36,619 bases of DNA from an uncultured Gammaproteobacteria bacterium (GCA_964505765.1 CAZDJQ010000002.1:1-36619); one strand, 5' to 3'; counted from the first letter of the stretch, positions 27,204-36,349 are shown. Made by a program: numbers and translations. Notes: a model not told the origin generated them from the letters alone.

Positions 27204-27692
27204 TTAAAAAGGAACTTCTTCATCTTCCTCAACCGGTTGTTGTTTTGTCTTGTCTTTATCTTTTGGTTTTTCTTCTGCTTCTTCCTCTTCCTCAGATCCG
27301 GACTGAGAACTTTCAAATTCTTCTTCTAAATCAGAATCTTTAGAAGCGGCACTATTTATTGACCGCAGTAATATCATATCATTAATGACAATCTCAGTAC
27401 TTTGTCTTCTAATCTCATCGGAATCTTCCCATTCACGATATTGAATCCTGCCGGAAACAAAAACCTTATCCCCCTTGGAAAGCAACTGGGCGCAAAGCTC
27501 CGCCAGCTGTGCCCAAGCAACTATCCGGTGAAATTGGGCGGCTTCTTTTTGTTCTCCATCACTGGTAGTCCAGCGCCTATTCGTTGCTAAACCAAAATTA
27601 CAAACAGCCGTCCCTCCGGGCGTATACCTCAATTCCGCATCCCTGGTTAAATTACCAATTAACATTGCCCGATTCAAACAACGAGTTGACAT
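27204..27692 (-). CDS. ssb: single-stranded DNA-binding protein
   Basis: 162 aa with an OB fold (LNRAMLIGNLTRDAELRYTPGG), an acidic tail and a terminal EEVPF. Confidence 0.93.
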   Translation of the reverse strand: MSTRCLNRAMLIGNLTRDAELRYTPGGTAVCNFGLATNRRWTTSDGEQKEAAQFHRIVAWAQLAELCAQLLSKGDKVFVSGRIQYREWEDSDEIRRQSTEIVINDMILLRSINSAASKDSDLEEEFESSQSGSEEEEEAEEKPKDKDKTKQQPVEEDEEVPF

Positions 27693-27995
27693 CTAATTAC
27701 CCCCCTTATTTTTTAATAATAAATAACGCAGAACATCATCTTGACGGTTTAAATAAGTGGTCAGCGGAGAAAAATCAAAACCTGTTCCTGAAAAAACCAG
27801 GTTCCAAACCCAAAAATCAGCAGTTTTGTTTTTCTTCATCGGATAAACCAATTTCTTCTCGCCCCATTTTTCTTTTTCGTCTACTTCGGCTTTGGTTTTT
27901 TTAATTTTATCTTCTAATTCTTTGAAAAAATCTTGACGGCGTTCTTTGGTCATATCAGGTGCAGTCAAGAAGATAAATTCATATTTTTCAGTCAT
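27693..27995 (-). CDS. rpsF: ribosomal protein S6
   Basis: 100 aa with YEFIFL...WGEKKLVYPMKK...VLRYLL, in the canonical rpsF-ssb-rpsR order. Confidence 0.88.
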   Translation of the reverse strand: MTEKYEFIFLTAPDMTKERRQDFFKELEDKIKKTKAEVDEKEKWGEKKLVYPMKKNKTADFWVWNLVFSGTGFDFSPLTTYLNRQDDVLRYLLLKNKGGN

Positions 27996-28006
27996 AAATT
28001 ATCCTT

Positions 28007-28036
28007 ATTATACCGACATTCTTATCTAGCCGTCAA
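28007..28036 (-). promoter_or_regulatory. candidate promoter of rpsF-ssb-rpsR (TTGACG-18 nt-TATAAT)
   Basis: The reverse complement of 28031-28036 is TTGACG and of 28007-28012 is TATAAT. The -10 lies 11 nt upstream of the ATG. Confidence 0.4.
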
Positions 28037-28055
28037 CCACCTCTTTAAACAGCTA

Positions 28056-29444
28056 TTATTTCACTGGGATGATTTTAAAACCAGTTGGAGTATCTTCAAC
28101 TACATAACCCAATTTTTCAATTTCCTGCCTGATTAAATCCGCTTTTTTCCATTTTTCTTCACCGCGTAATTTTTCCCGCTTAGCAGCTAACTTTTTAATT
28201 TTATCCGGCACCGCTGTAGGTGTTAACAAATCTAACCCCAAAACTTGGTCCGCTTCACTTGCCAGCCATTTTTTCTCTTCACCGGACAAACTTTTATCTT
28301 TGATCGACTGCCAAAAAAGCGCCAACGCTTCCGGCAGGTTAAAATCGTCGGCCAATTTGCTCATAAACCTGTTTTTATATTCCTCTGCTTTTTCTGTTTT
28401 TCTTGACTCTTCTATTTGAAAAGGAATTAAACTTTGCAAGTGCAGACGCGAATGCTGAGCGTTTTTCAAGGCCGGCCAAGTAAAGTTCAGCTGTTTTCGA
28501 TAGTGTCCGTTAAGATAGAAATAACGCAAATCCAGAGGATCAAAGCCCTTTGATTTAAGGTCGGCCAAAGTATAATCATTGCCTAAACTTTTACTCATTT
28601 TACCCCCTTCAACCAAAAGAAAAGCCCCGTGAATCCAATACTTGACAAAGGGAGACTGTCCAGTTGCCGCTTCGGATTGAGCAATTTCATTCGGGTGGTG
28701 AGTGCTTTTTAAATCCTCACCGCCAAGATGAATATCAAATTGTTCACCCAAATAAGCCATACTCATGGCCGAACACTCGATATGCCAACCCGGAAATCCT
28801 CGACCCCAAGGACTTTCCCATTCCATATCTCTTTTTCCCTCTTTTGGCGAAAATTTCCATAAAGCAAAATCGCGGGGATCTTTTTTTTCGGGATTTTTAT
28901 CCACTCTCGCCCCGGCTTTAATTTCATCTAAACTCGATACTTGTCCGTAAGTATGCCCGGCTTGTTCATATTGCTGAATATCAAAGTAAATTCCGTCACT
29001 GGTTTGATAAGCAAATCCGGCCTCTTCAATCTTTTTAATCAAACTAATTTGATTATCTATATGAGCAGTGGCCCGAGGTAAAATCTTTGGTTTTATTATG
29101 TTCAACTCTTTTAGCCCCCGACGAAAATCTTTAATGTGAATTTCAGCTATCTCCCAAGCTGTTTTTCTTTGTTTATCCGCCGCCTTTTGAAGTTTGTCTT
29201 CACCTTCATCCGCATCATCAGTCAAATGCCCGACATCAGTAATGTTCATTACCTGGGTTACTTGATATCCAAAAGCGGAAAGAGTTCGATAAACCAAATC
29301 ACTAAGCACATAAGTCCGCCAATTCCCAATCGTAACAGAAGAATATACGGTTGGGCCGCAAGTATACATCCCAACTTGAGGAGGATCAATCGGTTCAAAT
29401 ACTTCTTTTCGACGGGTAAGTGAATTGTATATTTTTACATTCAT
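28056..29444 (-). CDS. cysS: cysteinyl-tRNA synthetase
   Basis: 462 aa with CGPTVYSSVTIGN (HIGH region), a Zn-site Cys (HIECS), KMSKSLGN and a C-terminal DALR-like domain. Confidence 0.94.
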   Translation of the reverse strand: MNVKIYNSLTRRKEVFEPIDPPQVGMYTCGPTVYSSVTIGNWRTYVLSDLVYRTLSAFGYQVTQVMNITDVGHLTDDADEGEDKLQKAADKQRKTAWEIAEIHIKDFRRGLKELNIIKPKILPRATAHIDNQISLIKKIEEAGFAYQTSDGIYFDIQQYEQAGHTYGQVSSLDEIKAGARVDKNPEKKDPRDFALWKFSPKEGKRDMEWESPWGRGFPGWHIECSAMSMAYLGEQFDIHLGGEDLKSTHHPNEIAQSEAATGQSPFVKYWIHGAFLLVEGGKMSKSLGNDYTLADLKSKGFDPLDLRYFYLNGHYRKQLNFTWPALKNAQHSRLHLQSLIPFQIEESRKTEKAEEYKNRFMSKLADDFNLPEALALFWQSIKDKSLSGEEKKWLASEADQVLGLDLLTPTAVPDKIKKLAAKREKLRGEEKWKKADLIRQEIEKLGYVVEDTPTGFKIIPVK

Positions 29445-29479
29445 CGGTTCTACTATAACAAAGATATGTTGAATCTAGA

Positions 29480-30067
29480 CTAATTTTTCAGTTTACTCAA
29501 TTCGCCGGTGCCGCCTTTTTTCTTTCTTTTTTGAAAAGCCGAGCCGCGTTTAGGCTTGTCAGTGCTCGGTAAAATGTCATTAGCGTCAGCCCGGGCTTCT
29601 TGCTCCTCCTGCTCCCGTTGTTTTTTCAAGCTCTTGAGCATCTCTTCCTCTTCAGTCTCTTTTTCCTTAACCTTCTTTTCCTCTCTTACCTCCTGCATCT
29701 GTTTTTCCATATCTTGAGCTCCCGGCCGTCCTCCTAAGTCTAAAGAACCGGTTTTGGTTTGCGGTTGAGCCGCTGATTCCGGCTCGGACTCCGATTCCGG
29801 CTGTTTATCTTCCTCGACCGCCTTAATTGCTTGTTTAACCTGGTCTATTTTCTCTTGTTTTACTTCTTCCTTTTCCCATTTGAAATCTATTTTTTTAGAC
29901 TTCTGCTTATCGGTTTGCTTATTATTAGACGATTTCTTCCCGGTTAATTCGGAAACTGCTTCATCAACCGCCTGACCGGCCTGTTCTTCCACTTGCTTTG
30001 CGTTTTTACCCTCAAGTTTTACTGCCCCGTTTGAAATATTTTTGGTTATATTTTTTTTATTGCTCAT
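29480..30067 (-). CDS. Lys/Glu-rich low-complexity (probably disordered) protein, function unknown
   Basis: 195-aa ORF immediately downstream of ybaB. It has no recognisable domain and a strongly charged composition. Confidence 0.55.
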   Translation of the reverse strand: MSNKKNITKNISNGAVKLEGKNAKQVEEQAGQAVDEAVSELTGKKSSNNKQTDKQKSKKIDFKWEKEEVKQEKIDQVKQAIKAVEEDKQPESESEPESAAQPQTKTGSLDLGGRPGAQDMEKQMQEVREEKKVKEKETEEEEMLKSLKKQREQEEQEARADANDILPSTDKPKRGSAFQKRKKKGGTGELSKLKN

Positions 30068-30081
30068 ATTTTGATTACAAA

Positions 30082-30354
30082 TTATATTCCGAAATCACTT
30101 AACCCCCCCATTTCCTGCATTTTCTTAGCGGCAACTTTTTGGGACTTTTTAATCGCTTTATTAATCACCGTAACCAAATCCTTGTTTACTTCCCCGTTAA
30201 TCTTAATTGATTTTAGTTTCTGGTCTCCGCCAATAACTACTTTGATGTTTCCGTTTTCGGCAACAATCTCCTCGTCAGCCAAAGCTTTTTTCAGCTTGTT
30301 GGCTCGATCTCTCAATTTTTTTAATTTACCTAGTTTTTTGAATTTATCAATCAT
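30082..30354 (-). CDS. ybaB: YbaB/EbfC-family nucleoid-associated protein
   Basis: 90 aa in the canonical position after dnaX. The strong SD AAGGAGGTG lies 6 nt upstream (reverse complement of 30361-30369). Confidence 0.8.
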   Translation of the reverse strand: MIDKFKKLGKLKKLRDRANKLKKALADEEIVAENGNIKVVIGGDQKLKSIKINGEVNKDLVTVINKAIKKSQKVAAKKMQEMGGLSDFGI

Positions 30355-30369
30355 AAATTACACCTCCTT

Positions 30370-31800
30370 CTATCTTTTAAATATCTCTTCCGCCACTTTT
30401 GACATATCTTCTTTTTGCTTAGGTTCTACTTTGTTCTGATTCCTTTCAGCCAAGACACACCTTATTGTAACATCTGAACGACAAACTTTTTTTAAACCGC
30501 TTTCAACTATTCGACGATTACGGGTTTCTTCTAATTTATCTTTATGAAATGGATAAAATACTCTAAGCACCAATTGGTCATTTTCAATTTCCTGCGGTTC
30601 TGCTGCTCTTAAAAATGCCGCCACTGAATGATTCATCGGTTTCACCGCCGTTAATAATTTCTGCCACTTCTGTTTAATCATTTTAAGGGTTAAATCCTGC
30701 TGATTTTCTTTTGGTGTCTTTGATGGATTTTTGGATTTTTTAGTTTTCACTCTGCTCCCAAGAAACTCAATCACCGCCAACTGAAACGGCAGCTGCGGCA
30801 AAACTGCATTTTTCTGCTCCGCCATTGCCTGCGTCAATATCCGTGACAACCGGCTCAACTCCATTAAAGTGAATTCCGCTGCTAATTGCTTTTCCCCCGG
30901 TTTTGCTTGATTAACTTCAGCTTTAATTAAAATCAATTGCTGAACCAGATTCAACAGCCGTTGTAAATAATTATTCATCTCGGCGCCGTCGGCCTGTAAT
31001 TCTTCTCCGACCCGAAGCAGTTCTTTTTCATTGCCGGCGGCAATTAGTTGAAGCACTTTCTCCGGTTTTTGTTTCTGCCAATGAAGCAGTTCCTGCTGAG
31101 CCTGTTCCCAACTTATTTTTTTCCCTAAGCTCAAGAACAAACTTTCCAAGATTTTTTGAGCATCGCGAAACCCGCCGTCGGCTAAATCTATAATCGTTTC
31201 AATCACTTTTTTGTCGACTTCCAAGTCCTCGCCGTCAATAACTTTTTGCAGGCTCCGCTTCACCTCGTCTCTTTTCCCTCGCTGAAAATCTATTCTTAAC
31301 AACCGCGATAGGACCGTCGGAATAATTTTCTCCGGATTAGTTGTGCATAAAACAAAAACAACATGAGCCGGCGGTTCTTCCAAAGTTTTAAGAAGGGCAT
31401 TAAAAGCCGGATTGGTAAGCATATGAACTTCATCAATAATATAAACTTTATATTTGGAATTAACCGGAGCTAAGCCGATTTTTTCTTTCAGCTGTCGAAT
31501 ATCATCAATCCCGCGGTTTGAGGCGGCATCAATTTCAACCACGTCCAAACTTGTTCCCCTGGTAATTGCCTGACAAATTGAGCAGTCATTACACGGCTCA
31601 ACAGTTTTTAGGCCTTTTTGTCGACAATTAATTGATTTTGCTAAAATTCTTGCCGCTGAAGTCTTTCCAGACCCTTTTGGACCGGCAAATAAAAACGCTT
31701 GGGGGACCTGATCACCTTTAATAATTTTCCCTAGTTTTTCCCGGACTTCCTTTAAATCCAATTCTTCAATTGTTTGCGGTCGGTACTTTAAAAAATACAT
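30370..31800 (-). CDS. dnaX: DNA polymerase III subunit gamma/tau
   Basis: 476 aa with YRPQTIEEL, Walker A GPKGSGKTS, the Zn module CNDCSICQAI, IIDEVHML and SRLLRIDF. Confidence 0.95.
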   Translation of the reverse strand: MYFLKYRPQTIEELDLKEVREKLGKIIKGDQVPQAFLFAGPKGSGKTSAARILAKSINCRQKGLKTVEPCNDCSICQAITRGTSLDVVEIDAASNRGIDDIRQLKEKIGLAPVNSKYKVYIIDEVHMLTNPAFNALLKTLEEPPAHVVFVLCTTNPEKIIPTVLSRLLRIDFQRGKRDEVKRSLQKVIDGEDLEVDKKVIETIIDLADGGFRDAQKILESLFLSLGKKISWEQAQQELLHWQKQKPEKVLQLIAAGNEKELLRVGEELQADGAEMNNYLQRLLNLVQQLILIKAEVNQAKPGEKQLAAEFTLMELSRLSRILTQAMAEQKNAVLPQLPFQLAVIEFLGSRVKTKKSKNPSKTPKENQQDLTLKMIKQKWQKLLTAVKPMNHSVAAFLRAAEPQEIENDQLVLRVFYPFHKDKLEETRNRRIVESGLKKVCRSDVTIRCVLAERNQNKVEPKQKEDMSKVAEEIFKR

Positions 31801-31808
31801 AAATTTAA

Positions 31809-31864
31809 ATTGTTATATTGTTAAATTGTTAATTTTATGACCATTTAGCCATTTAACCATTCTA
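31809..31864. repeat. two blocks of 8-nt-period tandem triplets upstream of dnaX
   Basis: ATTGTTA occurs at 31809, 31817 and 31825. CCATTTA/CCATTCT occurs at 31841, 31849 and 31857. All were read directly. Confidence 0.75.
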
Positions 31865-31877
31865 GCAATTAAATAAT

Positions 31878-32231
31878 TTAGTCAACTAAATTATTAATCC
31901 CATGCTCCAGCCACTCTTCTAAAATTTCAATCACCAGCCGCTCGCGTTTCCGGGCTTCAGTTCGGGCTTCGGGGTAACAAATCATAACGTCGCCTAATTG
32001 CAATTTCCCGTCCGGCCCCTTTTCATGCATTGGGAAAGATAGCACTCCGGGAATATAATCTTTGTTCCGATACTGTTGGTTGAGTTTTTTTGCCTTTCGC
32101 TTACCGACAAAATTTAAACTCAATTCAATCGGCCCGGAAATATTTTTTTCTTTTAAAATTTGCTCGGTTATTTGACGGACCTTTTTTATGTCGATTGGAT
32201 ACCGTGGATCTTTTTTTATATCAATCCTCAT
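31878..32231 (-). CDS. YbeY-like protein, short, lacking the canonical HxxxHxxxxxH zinc motif
   Basis: 117 aa. GVLSFP and GDVMICYPEA resemble YbeY. The C-terminus reads LEHGINNLVD then stop, retaining only the first His. Confidence 0.6.
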   Translation of the reverse strand: MRIDIKKDPRYPIDIKKVRQITEQILKEKNISGPIELSLNFVGKRKAKKLNQQYRNKDYIPGVLSFPMHEKGPDGKLQLGDVMICYPEARTEARKRERLVIEILEEWLEHGINNLVD

Positions 32232-32668
32232 TGATCTAAAACCTGTTGAACAATTTTTGACACCTTTCCCCCCTGGGCTTTTCCCTGCAACTTGGCCATT
32301 ACTTTCCCCATTATTTCCCCAAAATTATTAGTTTCTTCTTTTTCAACTATACCCTCAACCACTTGCTTGATTTCTGCCTCATCCATCATCTCCGGCAGAT
32401 ATTGTTTTAAAAGCTTAATTTCTTCTTTTTCTTGCCGGGCTAAATCTTCTCGTTCAGCTTTCTCGAACGCTTCCAACGCTTCTTTTTTCTGTTTTAATTC
32501 CTTTTGGAGAACTTGAACCACATCATCCTGGCTAAATTCTTCTCCTGTCTCTATCTGCTTGGTCTGAATAAGAGAAACTAAGTATCTTAGAGAGTTGGCT
32601 TTTTCTTTTTCACCTTGTTTTAAAGCTTGTTTAGAATCTTGTTTAATTTGTTCTAATAATTTAATCAT
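32228..32668 (-). CDS. yqeY: GatB/YqeY-domain protein
   Basis: 146 aa. The N-terminal (I)K(Q)DSKQALKQGEK... and the overall pattern are typical of the YqeY family. Confidence 0.8.
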   Translation of the reverse strand: MIKLLEQIKQDSKQALKQGEKEKANSLRYLVSLIQTKQIETGEEFSQDDVVQVLQKELKQKKEALEAFEKAEREDLARQEKEEIKLLKQYLPEMMDEAEIKQVVEGIVEKEETNNFGEIMGKVMAKLQGKAQGGKVSKIVQQVLDQ

Positions 32669-32857
32669 TTATCTCCCGCCTTTCTTATCCAGTCTTTCTT
32701 TTCTTTTTCTCTTTTCTTTTCGCTCTTCGGCCCCACTTTTATAAACCATATTTTCTTTAATTTCATCAACAATATCCATGGTTGCCCGTCGAAATCGGGC
32801 TAATAAATCGGCATTTGTTTCCTTTTTGTCGTTTCTTTTTTTTACAACTATCGGCAT
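32669..32857 (-). CDS. rpsU: ribosomal protein S21
   Basis: 62 aa with MPIVVKKR...LLARFRR...RKEKRKRKER. The SD GGAGGTG lies 8 nt upstream. Confidence 0.8.
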   Translation of the reverse strand: MPIVVKKRNDKKETNADLLARFRRATMDIVDEIKENMVYKSGAEERKEKRKRKERLDKKGGR

Positions 32858-32960
32858 TCATAAAGCACCTCCCCTCAAAAATCTAAAATAACAAGGAGTC
32901 TATTGATTTAGTGTAACAAAGAATTTCTTGAAGAACAATAATTAGATTTCGGCTTAGTGG

Positions 32961-33560
32961 TTAATCATTCTCCTGCTGGCACAAAATCCAATCACGAGTA
33001 TTGACAAGTCCATTATCATCAAAATCGTAGCTGGCATCACTTGTCCCAAACTTGTCCATGAACTCAGACATAATACATTGACTAACCTTAACCTCGGTTT
33101 CAGTGGACGGCTCTGCACTCGAAGTCGCCGGTTCCTCTGGTTCCATCGGAGGCTCCGTCGGCAAAGCAGTTTCTCCCTCCTCTGCTTTGGTCTTGAATGA
33201 AAATGGAATCCCGTCATTATCGTAAATCTTATCTCCCACTCGGATCCGGAAATAATAAGTTGTCCCTGCTCTTAAAGGAGACAAATCTATTTTGTGACTG
33301 GTTGTCGATTGTTGTTCCGGCGCCCGAAGCAGTAAACTGGCCGGTGTAGTTCCGTATTCGACTGTGGATTGAGTTTCCTTTTCCGTAGTCCAGCTGATAA
33401 CTGCTTCTTTTGCTTCCGCTTGAACTTGAACGTTTTGAGGCTCCGCCCCACCGGCGGCACCGCTTAAATAAGTTCTAGCCGCTCTTAAACCAAAGACCGC
33501 TAAAACCCCGGTGAGCAGTAAAATAACAACAATGATTATTTTTTTTATGTTTCCCTTCAT
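32961..33560 (-). CDS. membrane-anchored protein with an FN3-like domain and a C-terminal dockerin-like half-site
   Basis: 199 aa with an N-terminal TM segment, the FN3-like signature ISWTTEKETQSTVEYG...TTYYFRIRV, and a C-terminal DFDDNGLVNTRDW. Confidence 0.7.
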   Translation of the reverse strand: MKGNIKKIIIVVILLLTGVLAVFGLRAARTYLSGAAGGAEPQNVQVQAEAKEAVISWTTEKETQSTVEYGTTPASLLLRAPEQQSTTSHKIDLSPLRAGTTYYFRIRVGDKIYDNDGIPFSFKTKAEEGETALPTEPPMEPEEPATSSAEPSTETEVKVSQCIMSEFMDKFGTSDASYDFDDNGLVNTRDWILCQQEND

Positions 33561-33561
33561 T

Positions 33562-34257
33562 TTAAAACGCCATCACTGTAGATAATAATAACATAATTAT
33601 TCCGCCTACTCCCAATATAATCAACGGAGTTTCTACTCCTGCTTCCGGCAGCTCGCTGGCAGTCGCCGTTGATTCCGTTGTGGTGGAAACTTCGTCCTCT
33701 TCCGTTGTTGATTCCGTTGTTGATTCTGTTGTTGTTGTAGAATCTTCCTCCTCGGATTGCCCGCCGATCGAGTATGAGCCACTGCCGTTGGAAGCACAAT
33801 CAATTAAATTGTTGCCGGACGGGTCCCAGATGCCGGAATCCAGTGAACTGTCGTCTTCACATAAAAAAGAAGCACTGGCTTCACCACTGCTCTGAGCTTC
33901 AAAAGTAATTGTCCCCAAATCTCCTTCACCGGACACCGGTTCCAAGTGGACTTCCGTCATTCCCCATAATGTCACCCTGCCTTCTGAATTATCAATTTCA
34001 TAACTGAACTCAGGGAAAAAATCTCCTTCCACAACTTGATTGACTTTCAATCTTGTCGCATCAAAACTGATTGCTGCGTCTGCGGCTGACGCTTCTTCTT
34101 CTCCGGTGTCTATTTTGACGACCACTTCAAAACTGTCTCCGACAACCTGATCTCCGCTTGACGGATCAAAATAAAATCTCGGGGTAGCGTAAACAGCTGA
34201 GGCCGATACCGCAAATAAGCCGAAAATTAAACCGGAAATTAAAAAAATCTTGCGCAT
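33562..34257 (-). CDS. cohesin-domain surface protein with a Thr/Glu/Ser linker and an LPEAG plus hydrophobic C-terminus
   Basis: 231 aa with a signal peptide and cohesin-like FEVVVKIDTGEEEASAADAAISFDATRLKV. The linker TTTTESTTESTTEE is encoded by 12-nt tandem repeats at 33704-33739. The C-terminus is LPEAG followed by a TM segment. Confidence 0.75.
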   Translation of the reverse strand: MRKIFLISGLIFGLFAVSASAVYATPRFYFDPSSGDQVVGDSFEVVVKIDTGEEEASAADAAISFDATRLKVNQVVEGDFFPEFSYEIDNSEGRVTLWGMTEVHLEPVSGEGDLGTITFEAQSSGEASASFLCEDDSSLDSGIWDPSGNNLIDCASNGSGSYSIGGQSEEEDSTTTTESTTESTTEEDEVSTTTESTATASELPEAGVETPLIILGVGGIIMLLLSTVMAF

Positions 34258-34259
34258 TT

Positions 34260-34847
34260 TTACCTAATTATCAAACTCAAATCTTTTGTTTGAAAAGAAT
34301 AGTCTATCCCCTGTCCAACTAAATTTGTTTCGGCGGTCTGATCCTTTTTTATCCGGAAGCTGGTTTCTCCTGCCTGTTTGGCTTGATAGGTTAAAGTTAA
34401 TAACGTGGCTTCTTGGCCTGCTTCAAAAGTAACCATATTATCTAATTGCACCAAGGTTACTAAAACTCGCTCATTTTCCGGTTCAATCCAGTTTCGACCG
34501 ACTTCTGAAAACCGTCCCGAGGGATTGGCTTCCAAGATTTCAATATAAGCCGGATCATATTCAATCAGAATATCGACTCCATCTAAAGCTAATTGCTCAT
34601 CCGGAGTCATAACCACCCTTAACTGATTTTCTTCATCCACTTCAACTGTATTTTCCCCTACTAAAGAAAGTTGAGTTTCCCGCTTGTCTTCGGGTTGTAA
34701 ACTGGTTGGCAGACTTCTATCCGCTGCCCCCCAGTTACCGCTTCTCTGTTCAGAAAGCTTTTGAACAATAATTACACTCTCAATAATTACTAACACTGCT
34801 AAAAGCGGAACCAGCCACTTAGCGCTTACTATCTTTTTAAAATCCAT
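34260..34847 (-). CDS. membrane-anchored cohesin-like domain protein
   Basis: 195 aa with an N-terminal TM segment and LDGVDILIEYDPAYIEILE...TLLTLTYQAKQAGETSF, resembling a cohesin beta-sandwich. Confidence 0.65.
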   Translation of the reverse strand: MDFKKIVSAKWLVPLLAVLVIIESVIIVQKLSEQRSGNWGAADRSLPTSLQPEDKRETQLSLVGENTVEVDEENQLRVVMTPDEQLALDGVDILIEYDPAYIEILEANPSGRFSEVGRNWIEPENERVLVTLVQLDNMVTFEAGQEATLLTLTYQAKQAGETSFRIKKDQTAETNLVGQGIDYSFQTKDLSLIIR

Positions 34848-34900
34848 ATTTGCTCCTTACTTAACTAACTATATAATTAAATCCGCCCTCTTTGCAAGGA

Positions 34901-36331
34901 CTAAATTTCATCTCCGTACCGAGTACTCAAAGTTTCTAAGAAAAAGACTATGTCTTGAGTGTTAACTATTCCGTTCCGGTTCAAGTCCTCCGAAACATTT
35001 CTCCCTCTTTTGCCTAAAGCGGCTTTTAAAAGGGTATAATCAGCGGCATTGACTTTCCCGTCGCGATTTATATCGCCGGGCTTGAGTCTCAAGCCGGTCC
35101 AATCAAAACCGTTTTCGCCCGAACTTAAAGTTAAACTCCCCTCATCCAACCGGCAGTAATCGGTCTGATTGTCCCAACAAAAACGCCGGGCCAAATGCAC
35201 CGGTCCTTTAATCAGGGCCGAATAATTATCACCGGGGGTAATTCCAATTAAAGTCAGCCCTCCGGTTCCAACCGCTTGGTCATCAAAGCTAACCACAATA
35301 TCCTGATAAACCTGTCGGTGACCTTGGCCGGCAACTGTTACATCCACCGTTTGATCCGGAATATCGCTAATAATAACCTGACGATTGCCGGCTTCATATT
35401 CCGTTCCTTCAAATTTAATTTGGAACGTCATTTCCGGCCAACCCACCCCTTCACAGTCAAACTCTTGTTTATTACACAAACGATAGTTATCACACGAGCC
35501 TTGTTCATTCGAATCCAAACCAGTATGATACTCATACCGCCAACAAGTATTGCTTTCATTTTCATTTAACCTTACCGACTCTAAAACTAATTTTTTCCCG
35601 GGGGTAATAACTTGAGCACAAACCTCATCAGCTTCAGGACAACCTAAACAACTGGTCGGCCAATCGACATTAGTGTTTTCCACCACGCCGATCTTATCTT
35701 TGCTAATACTTAAATCCTCAGCCATGTCATTTATAAAACAGTCAGGATAAACATCACCGCAGTCAACGACTTTAATCTGGGCAACAACCTGCTCGGGATT
35801 ATTAATTTCCAATCCCCGGTCGACATCAACGTCATCGCTGTAACGAACCCCGCCGACATCATAATCCTGCAACTTTAATTGAAACTCGCCCTGCTTTTGA
35901 CCGATAAAACTGATTTCAACTAAATCAAAAACATCAGTCGGAACCGTTTGTTTCATTGTTAAGGCACTTAATCTTATTTCTCCTTGTTCGGCTATTTCCG
36001 GAATCCAAATGCTGGCCCCGTAATCCTGGTGAAAAGATAATTGGTCAACACTGACCAGGTCATTATCAAACTGGAACCTTAATTCCGCCGCCTGGATCTC
36101 AGCCGTCTCCGGAGCATTTTCAGGACGGGGATCAACTTTAACCAAAATTTTCCCAACTTCGCCTTCACATATTTCTAAAGGCTGGGGATACAAACTAACA
36201 TCAATATTACTGTAAGCCGCTTTTCTTCTAAGCTCTGTCCTTTGCTGAAGCAGTACCCCGCCCGCCAATAAACCGGCGGCCGCCATCAAAATTGCGACTA
36301 AACTTAATGCTCGTTTTCTTTGTTTATTCAT
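34901..36331 (-). CDS. large surface protein: N-terminal cohesin-like domain, Cys-rich middle, C-terminal type-I-like dockerin
   Basis: 476 aa with an N-terminal TM segment. Two Ca-binding dockerin repeats are present: GDINRDGKVNAADYTLLKAAL and DLNRNGIVNTQDIVFFLETL. Confidence 0.78.
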   Translation of the reverse strand: MNKQRKRALSLVAILMAAAGLLAGGVLLQQRTELRRKAAYSNIDVSLYPQPLEICEGEVGKILVKVDPRPENAPETAEIQAAELRFQFDNDLVSVDQLSFHQDYGASIWIPEIAEQGEIRLSALTMKQTVPTDVFDLVEISFIGQKQGEFQLKLQDYDVGGVRYSDDVDVDRGLEINNPEQVVAQIKVVDCGDVYPDCFINDMAEDLSISKDKIGVVENTNVDWPTSCLGCPEADEVCAQVITPGKKLVLESVRLNENESNTCWRYEYHTGLDSNEQGSCDNYRLCNKQEFDCEGVGWPEMTFQIKFEGTEYEAGNRQVIISDIPDQTVDVTVAGQGHRQVYQDIVVSFDDQAVGTGGLTLIGITPGDNYSALIKGPVHLARRFCWDNQTDYCRLDEGSLTLSSGENGFDWTGLRLKPGDINRDGKVNAADYTLLKAALGKRGRNVSEDLNRNGIVNTQDIVFFLETLSTRYGDEI

Positions 36332-36349
36332 TTAAATACCTTTTATATT

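Noticed and set aside
32946-32957. The 12-mer TTTCGGCTTAGT is shared with the right 53-nt repeat (7570-7581).
   Set aside because: Dozens of shared 12-mers are expected by chance in 36.6 kb, and there is no extension of the match.
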